Source: Macrostomum lignano (lineage: Eukaryota). From it: a stretch of 64,000 nt of DNA. The stretch covers positions 109,151 to 173,150 of the forward strand of contig NIVC01002444.1 of assembly GCA_002269645.1 (NCBI GenBank), in the 5' to 3' direction. Under the pieces are notes generated by a model, which had not been told where the DNA came from, did not search any database, and was given only the letters and a program-made list of their open reading frames with translations. Positions 49,690-60,197 of this stretch are shown here, in pieces (position 1 is the stretch's first letter; each line of letters starts with the position of its first letter). The position numbers were made by a program, and so were the translations under genes.

Positions 49690-50675
49690 AGATATGGTGA
49701 CACCCTCTCAAGGGTAGATATGGTGACACCCTCTCAAGGGTAGATATGGTGACACCCTCTCAAGGGTAGATATGGTGACACCCTCTCAAGGGTAGATATG
49801 GTGACACCCTCTCAAGGGTAGATATGGTGACACCCTCTCAAGGGTAGATATGGTGACACCCTCTCAAGGGTAGATATGGTGACACCCTCTCAAGGGTAGA
49901 TATGGTGACACCCTCTCAAGGATAGATATGGTGACACCCTCTCAAGGGTAGATATGGTGACACCCTCTCAAGGGTAGATATGGTGACATCCTCTCAAGGA
50001 TAGATATGGTGACACCCTCTCAAGGGTAGATATGGTGACACCCTCTCAAGGGTAAATATGGTGACACCCTCTCAAGGATAGATATGGTGACACCCTCTCA
50101 AGGGTAGATATGGTGACACCCTCTCAAGGGTAGATATGGTGACACCCTCTCAAGGGTAGATATGGTGACATCCTCTCAAGGATAGATATGGTGACACCCT
50201 CTCAAGGGTAGATATGGTGACACCCTCTCAAGGGTAAATATGGTGACACCCTCTCAAGGATAGATATGGTGACACCCTCTCAAGGGTAGATATGGTGACA
50301 TCCTCTCAAGGATAGATATGGTGACACCCTCTCAAGGGTAGATATGGTGACACCCTCTCAAGGGTAGATATGGTGACATCCTCTCAAGGATAGATATGGT
50401 GACACCCTCTCAAGGGTAGATATGGTGACACCCTCTCAAGGGTAGATATGGTGACACCCTCTCAAGGGTAGATATGGTGACACCCTCTCAAGGGTAGATA
50501 TGGTGACACCCTCTCAAGGGTAGATATGGTGACACCCTCTCAAGGGTAGATATGGTGACACCCTCTCAAGGGTAGATATGGTGACACCCTCTCAAGGGTA
50601 GATATGGTGACACCCTCTCAAGGGTAGATATGGTGACACCCTCTCAAGGGTAGATATGGTGACACCCTCTCAAGG
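49690..50675. repeat. 26-nt minisatellite (AGATATGGTGACACCCTCTCAAGGGT)n in GPT intron 2
   Basis: About 38 near-perfect copies. Confidence 0.96.
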
Positions 50676-50728
50676 CACTGGGTAGATACAGAAACGTATA
50701 CTGTAGAAAACTCGCCACCCCGATGAAG

Positions 50729-50920
50729 GCCGCTCCCAGCTGCCGTCCGCGCGGCCTGGTGGTGATCAACCCCGGCAACCCGACTGGCCAGGTGCTGCGC
50801 CGCGAGATCATCGAGGAGGTGTTGCAATTCGCCAAGGAGAAATCGCTGTTTGTTCTCGCCGACGAAGTCTATCAGCACAATGTTTACGCTGAGGGTGCCA
50901 AGTTTTTCAGCTTCAAGCAG
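50729..50920 (+). CDS. GPT: Alanine aminotransferase, exon 3
   Basis: AAPSCRPRGLVVINPGNPTGQVL...LADEVYQHNVY...FFSFKQ, then donor CAG|GTGAGA. The acceptor (gatgaag|GCC) is the only in-frame candidate seen and is slightly uncertain. Confidence 0.9.
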
Positions 50921-51283
50921 GTGAGAGCCAACGGTTTGAACTCAAGCCAATTAGGCCAAGGTGAATGTCGCACCATCAACAATCATCTATTAGATGAAAA
51001 AACTTCAATCAAACAGTGGACAAGCAGTCGGACGCGATAATTACAACAGGTAGAAAAGAGACAAGGTATGATATGAAGCAATTAAAAGCTACGAAATTGT
51101 AGTCTGTTCGTGTGTGTGAGTGTGTCATGTGACAGTAAGTAATTGTTACACTTCTTTTTTCCAGGAAACGAAATTGCCCCGCTCTTTCTACTATTAGTAG
51201 CCACAAGAGATCTGTGCGTCTGTTTTGCACTAAAATTTGTTGGTAATGCTTTTTATATAATCAACTTCTTTTTTGAACTCCAG

Positions 51284-51810
51284 GTAATCAACAGCATGGG
51301 CCCAAAGTACGGCAAAGAGATCGAACTCGCGTCCTTCATGTCGGCCAGCAAAGGCTACATGGGCGAGTGCGGCTTCCGCGGCGGCTACTGCGAACTGGCC
51401 AATATTGACAAAGACGTCCAGGCCATGCTTTATAAGCAACTGTCGGCTCGTCTCTGCCCCTCAGTGATTGGCCAGGGCCTCATGTCGGTCATTGCTAACC
51501 CGCCAAAGCCGGGCGAGCCCTCCTACGAATCGCATGAGCGCGAGAAAGCCAAAGTACTCGGTGATTTGGCAATCAAAGCGCGCATGGCAACGGAAACCTT
51601 TAATCGCATTCCCGGCATGCAGTGCAATCCGGTGCAGGGCGCCATGTACGCCTTTCCCAGCCTGCAGCTGCCGGAGAAACTCGTTGATGAGGCCAAAGCC
51701 AAAGGCATGGAACCTGACGCGTTCTATTGTACAGCTCTGCTAGAGGAGAAGGGCATCTGCGTGGTGCCCGGCTCCGGTTTTGGACAGCGGCCCGGAACTT
51801 ACCATTTCAG
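51284..51810 (+). CDS. GPT: Alanine aminotransferase, exon 4
   Basis: Acceptor aactccag|GTA. PLP-lysine motif SASKGYMGECGFRGGY and GICVVPGSGFGQRPGTYHF. Donor AG|GTAAGC, phase 2. Confidence 0.95.
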
Positions 51811-52395
51811 GTAAGCGTTGGGGACTCCATATTGCAGTGTTGGGTTATATATGCAGTTTCTTTTAATCATATCTCGCAAATTGATAGAGTGAGCTGATAT
51901 TAAGGTATAGATGAAGCAAAATTTCAGTATCCATGCGTAGTTACTCTTGCCGGTTACTAACAGGATCACAATTTTATAGCATCCTAGGCAATTATCTACG
52001 CCTTTGAATCCAATAGAAGCCTATATATATTCTATTCTCACTACTCGTTAGTAGGCTATTCCTTATATATATATAAGTAGATTATCAAGGATTTTTAGGC
52101 CACAATTCACAACCCACGAGGGCTAACATCCAGTGCACAGGGAGTGTACATGGCGGACGATTAGAAATCCAGGAACGCTGTACACCGTGTGAGCTTGCCT
52201 GCGTACAGTATTGGCGCGCTTGTATTGTGCTCAGTAGTCAGCGGAATGGATGGAACTACCTCAGCGCTGGTTGTGAGACGGTGTCGCCGAAGATCTGCTA
52301 GAGTAGCTCGCTAGTACTATTACTTGGTAGACAGGGTAGGTAGAATTGTGACATCAGTTTAGAGCCAGTGCTTCACTTTATGCCCTCCCCTACAG

Positions 52396-52486
52396 AATGA
52401 CAATCCTGCCGACAGTGGAGAAGCTGAAGATCGTCATGCAGGCGTTCAAGGAGTTCCACGAGGACTTCATCAATCGGTACAAGTGA
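52396..52486 (+). CDS. GPT: Alanine aminotransferase, exon 5
   Basis: Acceptor cccctacag|A. Gives (R)MTILPTVEKLKIVMQAFKEFHEDFINRYK*, the expected ALT C-terminus. Not in the ORF track. Confidence 0.92.
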
Positions 52487-53209
52487 ATTTTACTTGCCAT
52501 AAAAACTTCACTTCTATATTGACCGCCCTGTCTAGAGGTTCAGCCTTATAGCGATATGCATGTAGCACTAGTGCACAGAGCACACCAAAGTTTATGGTGT
52601 GAAAAACTATTGTCGCAAACGATGCGCATTATATGAAATAAAACTCTTTCGAATTCAACAAACCGACATTTCTTAAAGAAACGTCCTGATCAAGCATAAA
52701 TGAATTCTAAATTTAAATTTCACTCAAAATTAATGTAGATTTTCATCATTATGTTAGTTTTTTCTTAGAATATTTAAATTTACTCTTCTCACCGTATAGC
52801 ACACCGGAACGCACCGCTAATTTCATCAGATAGTTGTTGATTTTTTCTTATTGCTGACAACCAAACTGTATGATCAAATTTTCTTATAGCATAAAAAACA
52901 TAAATTACACGAACATGTTTGATATTACTGGCAGTAGGGTAAAATATATAAAATCAATGATTCACATGCCGGTTAAAACTGATTTATTATGCTTTTGTCT
53001 CCATTGCCACGACAAATTATATAGATAATATAAATAATGAATTTATTTAAAATTTGACACGTACCAAAAAAGTCGTACGTCGCGAAAAATATCCAAGAAT
53101 AATCAAAGTACACAAAGCACCGCGTGATTTGAATTTAAAATCAATAAAAAGTAATTGTATAACAAATCTAACACCACTAATAATACTTGTCATTATATAA
53201 TTAGGTCCA

Positions 53210-53482
53210 CTACTCGAACACGAGAATATCTGTGCAGATTGACTGCACAAACATGAATACTCCAAAGACGTAGACGAACCAGCGACGTGAGCTGACTAAC
53301 TCGCCCATTCGCTCCAGGTGGATCAGGTAGAATTCCAGGCCAGTGAATAGGCACAGGGACAGGGCGTACATCAGATACAGGCCAGCGTTCACCGGGTTCA
53401 CCGCCGCTCGCACTATGCACAATATCAATGTGATGAGCAAGTTCACTTTGGCGGCGATAAACAGACCACGTTCGACTAGCAC
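53210..53482 (-). CDS. TMEM243: TMEM243-like small membrane protein, exon 2
   Basis: VLVERGLFIAAKVNLLITLIL...YLIHLERMGELVSSRRWFVYVF...SICTDILVFE* has three hydrophobic segments and resembles TMEM243 (LIYWYRQGDL..FRKLIY) from memory. Confidence 0.72.
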   Translation of the reverse strand: MLVERGLFIAAKVNLLITLILCIVRAAVNPVNAGLYLMYALSLCLFTGLEFYLIHLERMGELVSSRRWFVYVFGVFMFVQSICTDILVFE

Positions 53483-56400
53483 CTGTTGATTTGGTGAAGG
53501 TTAGTGAAGAAAAGTCCGACTAGCACCTGTTGATTTGGTGAAGGAGATTAGTGAAGAAAAGTCCGACTAGCACATGTTGATTTGGTGAAGGAGGTTAGTG
53601 AAGAAAAGTCCGACTAGCACCTGTTGATTTGGTGAAGGAGGTTAGTGAAGAAAAGTCCGACTAGCACCTGTTGATTTGGTGAAGGTTAGTGAAGAAAAGT
53701 CCGACTAGCACCTGTTGATTTGGTGAAGGAGGTTAGTGAAGAAAAGTCCGACTAGCACCTGTTGATTTGGTGAAGGAGGTTAGTGAAGAAAAGTCCGACT
53801 AGCACCTGTTGATTTGGTGAAGGAGATTAGTGAAGAAAAGTCCGACTAGCACCTGTTGATTTGGTGAAGGAGGTTAGTGAAGAAAAGTCCGACTAGCACC
53901 TGTTGATTTGGTGAAGGAGGTTAGTGAAGAAAAGTCCGACTAGCACCTGTTGATTTGGTGGAGGTTAGTGAAGAAAAGTCCGACTAGCACCTGTTGATTT
54001 GGTGAAGGTTAGTGAAGAAAAGTCCGACTAGCACCTGTTGATTTGGTGAAGGAGGTTAGTGAAGAAAAGTCCGACTAGCACCTGTTGATTTGGTGAAGGA
54101 GATTAGTGAAGAAAAGTCCGACTAGCACCTGTTGATTTGGTGAAGGAGGTTAGTGAAGAAAAGTCCGACTAGCACCTGTTGATTTGGTGAAGGTTAGTGA
54201 AGAAAAGTCCGACTAGCACCTGTTGATTTGGTGAAGGAGGTTAGTGAAGAAAAGTCCGACTAGCACCTGTTGATTTGGTGAAGGAGGTTAGTGAAGAAAA
54301 GTCCGACTAGCACCTGTTGATTTGGTGAAGGAGGTTAGTGAAGAAAAGTCCGACTAGCACCTGTTGATTTGGTGAAGGAGGTTAGTGAAGAAAAGTCCGA
54401 CTAGCACCTGTTGATTTGGTGAAGGAGGTTAGTGAAGAAAAGTCCGACTAGCACCTGTTGATTTGGTGAAGGAGGTTAGTGAAGAAAAGTCCGACTAGCA
54501 CCTGTTGATTTGGTGAAGGAGATTAGTGAAGAAAAGTCCGACTAGCACCTGTTGATTTGGTGAAGGAGGTTAGTGAAGAAAAGTCCGACTAGCACCTGTT
54601 GATTTGGTGAAGGAGGTTAGTGAAGAAAAGTCCGACTAGCACCTGTTGATTTGGTGAAGGAGGTTAGTGAAGAAAAGTCCGACTAGCACCTGTTGATTTG
54701 GTGAAGGAGGTTAGTGAAGAAAAGTCCGACTAGCACCTGTTGATTTGGTGAAGGAGGTTAGTGAAGAAAAGTCCGACTAGCACCTGTTGATTTGGTGAAG
54801 GAGGTTAGTGAAGAAAAGTCCGACTAGCACCTGTTGATTTGGTGAAGGAGGTTAGTGAAGAAAAGTCCGACTAGCACCTGTTGATTTGGTGAAGGAGGTT
54901 AGTGAAGAAAAGTCCGACTAGCACCTGTTGATTTGGTGAAGGAGGTTAGTGAAGAAAAGTCCGACTAGCACCTGTTGATTTGGTGAAGGAGGTTAGTGAA
55001 GAAAAGTCCGACTAGCACCTGTTGATTTGGTGAAGGAGGTTAGTGAAGAAAAGTCCGACTAGCACCTGTTGATTTGGTGAAGGAGGTTAGTGAAGAAAAG
55101 TCCGACTAGCACCTGTTGATTTGGTGAAGGAGGTTAGTGAAGAAAAGTCCGACTAGCACCTGTTGATTTGGTGAAGGAGGTTAGTGAAGAAAAGTCCGAC
55201 TAGCACCTGTTGATTTGGTGAAGGAGGTTAGTGAAGAAAAGTCCGACTAGCACCTGTTGATTTGGTGAAGGAGGTTAGTGAAGAAAAGTCCGACTAGCAC
55301 CTGTTGATTTGGTGAAGGAGGTTAGTGAAGAAAAGTCCGACTAGCACCTGTTGATTTGGTGAAGGTTAGTGAAGAAAAGTCCGACTAGCACCTGTTGATT
55401 TGGTGAAGGTTAGTGAAGAAAAGTCCGACTAGCACCTGTTGATTTGGTGAAGGAGGTTAGTGAAGAAAAGTCCGACTAGCACCTGTTGATTTGGTGAAGG
55501 AGGTTAGTGAAGAAAAGTCCGACTAGCACCTGTTGATTTGGTGAAGGTTAGTGAAGAAAAGTCCGACTAGCACCTGTTGATTTGGTGAAGGTTAGTGAAG
55601 AAAAGTCCGACTAGCACCTGTTGATTTGGTGAAGGAGGTTAGTGAAGAAAAGTCCGACTAGCACCTGTTGATTTGGTGAAGGTTAGTGAAGAAAAGTCCG
55701 ACTAGCACCTGTTGATTTGGTGAAGGTTAGTGAAGAAAAGTCCGACTAGCACCTGTTGATTTGGTGAAGGAGGTTAGTGAAGAAAAGTCCGACTAGCACC
55801 TGTTGATTTGGTGAAGGTTAGTGAAGAAAAGTCCGACTAGCACCTGTTGATTTGGTGAAGGAGGTTAGTGAAGAAAAGTCCGACTAGCACCTGTTGATTT
55901 GGTGAAGGTTAGTGAAGAAAAGTCCGACTAGCACCTGTTGATTTGGTGAAGGTTAGTGAAGAAAAGTCCGACTAGCACCTGTTGATTTGGTGAAGGAGGT
56001 TAGTGAAGAAAAGTCCGACTAGCACCTGTTGATTTGGTGAAGGAGGTTAGTGAAGAAAAGTCCGACTAGCACCTGTTGATTTGGTGAAGGAGGTTAGTGA
56101 AGAAAAGTCCGACTAGCACCTGTTGATTTGGTGAAGGAGATTAGTGAAGAAAAGTCCGACTAGCACCTGTTGATTTGGTGAAGGTTAGTGAAGAAAAGTC
56201 TGACTAGCACCTGTTGATTTGGTGAAGGAGGTTAGTGAAGAAAAGTCCGACTAGCACCTGTTGATTTGGTGAAGGAGGTTAGTGAAGAAAAGTCCGACTA
56301 GCACCTGTTGATTTGGTGAAGGAGGTTAGTGAAGAAAAGTCCGACTAGCACCTGTTGATTTGGTGAAGGAGGTTAGTGAAGAAAAGTCCGACTAGCACCT

Positions 56401-57221
56401 GTTGATTTGGTGAAGGAGGTTAGTGAAGAAAAGTCCGACTAGCACCTGTTGATTTGGTGAAGGAGGTTAGTGAAGAAAAGTCCGACTAGCACCTGTTGAT
56501 TTGGTGAAGGAGGTTAGTGAAGAAAAGTCCGACTAGCACCTGTTGATTTGGTGAAGGAGGTTAGTGAAGAAAAGTCCGACTAGCACCTGTTGATTTGGTG
56601 AAGGTTAGTGAAGAAAAGTCCGACTAGCACCTGTTGATTTGGTGAAGGAGGTTAGTGAAGAAAAGTCCGACTAGCACCTGTTGATTTGGTGAAGGTTAGT
56701 GAAGAAAAGTCCGACTAGCACCTGTTGATTTGGTGAAGGAGGTTAGTGAAGAAAAGTCCGACTAGCACCTGTTGATTTGGTGAAGGTTAGTGAAGAAAAG
56801 TCCGACTAGCACCTGTTGATTTGGTGAAGGTTAGTGAAGAAAAGTCCGACTAGCACCTGTTGATTTGGTGAAGGAGGTTAGTGAAGAAAAGTCCGACTAG
56901 CACATGTTGATTTGGTGAAGGAGGTTAGTGAAGAAAAGTCCGACTAGCACCTGTTGATTTGGTGAAGGAGGTTAGTGAAGAAAAGTCCGACTAGCACATG
57001 TTGATTTGGTGAAGGTTAGTGAAGAAAAGTCCGACTAGCACCTGTTGATTTGGTGAAGGTTAGTGAAGAAAAGTCCGACTAGCACCTGTTGATTTGGTGA
57101 AGGAGGTTAGTGAAGAAAAGTCCGACTAGCACCTGTTGATTTGGTGAAGGTTAGTGAAGAAAAGTCCGACTAGCACCTGTTGATTTGGTGAAGGTTAGTG
57201 AAGAAAAGTTGGACTTTTCAC
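53483..57221 (-). repeat. 3739-nt intron made of ~80 tandem 44/47-nt GT..CTAAC..CAG units
   Basis: Sense unit GTGCTAGTCGGACTTTTCTTCACTAAC(CTC)CTTCACCAAATCAACAG. The donor-side unit GTGAAAAGTCCAACTTTTCTTCACTAACCTTCACCAAATCAACAG is 45 nt. Confidence 0.93.
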
Positions 57222-57320
57222 CTGCTTAGCAGTCTGATCGCCGTAAATTGGACCGGACTCGCCGCCGCCACCGCTGCCTCCTACAGCGCCTTTAGCAAAT
57301 GGCGACTGCTCTTCAGACAT
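57222..57320 (-). CDS. TMEM243: TMEM243-like, exon 1
   Basis: Manual translation MSEEQSPFAKGAVGGSGGGGESGPIYGDQTAKQ, then CAG|GTGAAA, phase 0 and in frame with exon 2. PIYGDQTAK resembles TMEM243 PLFGETSAK. Confidence 0.75.
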
Positions 57321-57524
57321 GACTGGATCAAAAATCAGTAACTGCTATTTTATAGCTGGATTAAAAACTCGGCAGACAGTAAGCATGCATGAATATAGGA
57401 TCTATTGTAAAAAACGTTGCTGTTTTTACAACTGCCTCACAGAAGGCCAAGTTAACAACTAGTGGGACAACTGCAGGGGCTTCAGACGCAATTAGGTTTT
57501 CCCACAAAGCTAAAGTCATTTTAT

Positions 57525-57878
57525 TTTTATTACAGGCAGGGGGTTGTGTGCACCCTGGCGCACTTTAAGCGACATAGGCACACAACCGGCGAGAGGCATT
57601 GCTGCCCATTCCGCCGACTCCCTGAGCAGGCATACAAGCGCGCGGATACGTACGCAGGCACACACTCACACAGGAGTGTACAGCGTCCCTAACTTTATAT
57701 TATCGTTAGGCATGTACACTTCACTGCGCCTTGGGGGGTTGGCTCTCAAGGCCGTTAATTGCACGAGCAGAGCCAAGCCGAGATTCCAATTCAGCCCCAA
57801 ATTAATGTGACTGCACTTGGAATCGAGCCTGGGTCGCTGGCACACCAGAGCAGCTGCGCTACCGCTGGGCTACGGCCC
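57525..57878 (-). mobile_element. tRNA-derived SINE (second family)
   Basis: Minus-strand head GGGGCCGTAGCCCAGCGGTAGCGCAG...GGCTCGATTCC (A/B boxes) and an A-rich tail. Related fragments at ~52170-52290, 59320-59362, 60067-60170 and possibly ~38370-38400. Confidence 0.75.
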
Positions 57879-58130
57879 CTAAGCTAAAGTCCCAGTAGAT
57901 TTATCAATAATAGTCAAATGACAGTAAATAGAGTCTAAAATAACTAGCCAACATTCAATGTATATTTACTATATGAATTATTTATAGAAACAGTCGAATC
58001 GGACAACATTCGATATTTAGCTATTCGCATCTGGTTACAAGAGCGCGAACACGGTCGTCTTATTTGGTACTGCAGTCTGATACAAAGTACAGTGTTAAAA
58101 CAAAAGGCTTGGAAAATATAACCGAACAAA

Positions 58131-59211
58131 CTAGGACCTTCTAGGCGGCTGCGGCTGCACATTCACTGGGACGCAGGGTGTCACCTCAGCCGACCAGTCG
58201 TCCAGTTCAATAGCCAGGCACACCTGCAGCTGTGCGGCGTCTGTCCACTGCGGACAAGTCACCTGCAGCTGGGTGGACAGCTCGTACACTCCGTCTGAGG
58301 CGTCAATCTCCGTCCAGTGCGCGTCAGCCGGCGCCCAGACGACGCGCCGCCTGTCGGGCAGGCGGAGCCAGACGCGGACCCGGTCTGGCCTCGGGCAGTG
58401 GCGCAGACGGGCCCTGACTGGCACCGGCAGCGGCAGGCCGGCCGGGAATCGCCGATTCTCCTCTACGCCGGACAGCGTCGTCGGTTCGAGCAGCGCGGCC
58501 GAAAAGCGGCCCAGCCCGGCTGGCAGCGGGTCGGGCAGAAGCGGCGGCGTCGGCAACGTCACCCCGCTAGACGACGATGCGGCGATCTGCCGGCGCAGCC
58601 GGACCAGACAGTCAACTGTCTCGGCGTGCTGGCCGCTGTACAGCAGCTGCAGGCGGTAGGTGATAGCGACAGCGTCCGGGCACGTCGATGACGACGTTGG
58701 CGAGGCCAGCGCCGCGGCCAGTCGGCACCAGTCGTGAGCGAATGCGGCCCGACCGGCCAGAGCCGGAGTTAGTCGGGCCAGTCTGGCCAAATCAGCCAGC
58801 AGAGGCCGCAACCGACGCCGTCCGGAGGCCGCCGACTGCAGCTCGGCGCGCACCTTGGCCAGAGTGGCGGCGAAGAACTCTTCGTTGTTGACAGACACGG
58901 CGGCGGTAATGGGCGGGGCGGAGGCCAGAGCGGGCAGGGCGGGAGTGAGGCTCGGCAGGGCGGCTCTCATGTAGGCGTAGTGCCGTTTAGCGTAAGGCGG
59001 GAGCAGGGCGCGCAACTGTGGCAGCCTGGCTGTGGCATTGAGCACAGCCAGGAGCACGGCCGTGTAAGCCGGGTCCTCCTTCATCGGCTCGGCGCCCTGC
59101 AGATACGGGTGCAGACAGAGCAGGTCGGCGATCGCCAGCTGCAGTAGGCCGCTGTGACGCCGGCCAACAGCGGCTGAGCAGCGCCAGACGCAATGCCTAT
59201 CGGCGGGGTAC
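58131..59211 (-). CDS. INTS4: Integrator complex subunit 4, last exon
   Basis: Acceptor gcccag|G TAC (phase 2). YPADRHCVWRC...LHPYLQGAEPMKEDPAYTAVLL...RHYAYMRAALPSL matches INTS4 (YPTDRDSIWKC; EPDMDDPAYIAVL; RHYAYLRDSL). Confidence 0.9.
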
Positions 59212-59362
59212 CTGGGCAATGAAAGTGATGGGGGAATCGTTGGATGCTAAAAATGCCTTACTGGCGCCCTGTACTATAGACATTATATCTGCGCTGTATA
59301 TTAGTTAGTTTATAGTTAGAGCCAGGGGGCTGTGTGCAACCTCGCGCACTTTAAGTGACATT

Positions 59363-60066
59363 CGGTGCACGAAATTAGCCAGCCGAAAAGTTGCCAGTCG
59401 AGAAAAGTTGCAGCTTTGAAAATACCAGCTCAAACACCAGCTTATAATCAATTATATAAGAGCTAAAGTTATCTAATACATTTATACCTATAATAAAAAC
59501 GAAAACTGTGTTGTATCTGTGTACAAATTTGTTCGCTATGGACTCCCAAACCGCTCAACCAAATGACACCAAATAAGAGAAAATATGGAAGATAAGAGGA
59601 GAGAAGAGAGAGGAGAGAAATAGAGAGAGAGAGAAGAGAGAGGACAGAAGTAGAGAGAGAGAAGAGAGAGGAGAGAAGAGAGAGGAGAGGAGAGAAGAGA
59701 GAGAGAAGAGGAGAGAGGAGAGAAGAGAGGGGAGAGAATAGAAGAGAGAGGAGTTCCAAATGCATCAAATCCTAATTTAACACGCATTTACTCCAATTTT
59801 TTTACCTCTATCCTCTATTAACAAGCTTTTGTTTGAGTATGCCTTCAGATTTAAGAATGCATGCTAAAATACTCGTAGTTCCGGGGATTCGAATTTAGCG
59901 GGTTCGAAATCCGCGGGTTTCGACAGATTGTATAAAAAATAAATATATATGATACACTTTAGCTCTGATATATGATTATTATTGCATAACTTAGACGGCT
60001 GCTGAAATTCTGAGCTGGTACTTTCCTTGCTGCAATTTTTCTCGGCTGGCGAAGTTCGTACACTCG
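59363..60066. mobile_element. MITE-like insertion splitting a SINE in the INTS4 intron
   Basis: Imperfect TIRs GTG(C/T)ACGAA(A/C)TT(A/C)GCCAGCCGA. SINE tail on the left, SINE body on the right, GA-rich tract inside. Confidence 0.55.
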
Positions 60067-60197
60067 CATTACTGCTCATTCCGCTGACTTCCCTAAGCAG
60101 GCACACAAGAGCGCGGATACGTACGCAGTCATACGCACCGGCACACACTCACACAGGAGTGTACAGCTTAAATCAGCAGTCTTCTATTTACTCGTAC

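Noticed and set aside
53483-57221. CRISPR-like appearance of the long arrays (also 4645-5678, 26120-27160, 49690-50675)
   Set aside because: Units are head-to-tail with no unique spacers, the context is eukaryotic, and there are no cas genes.
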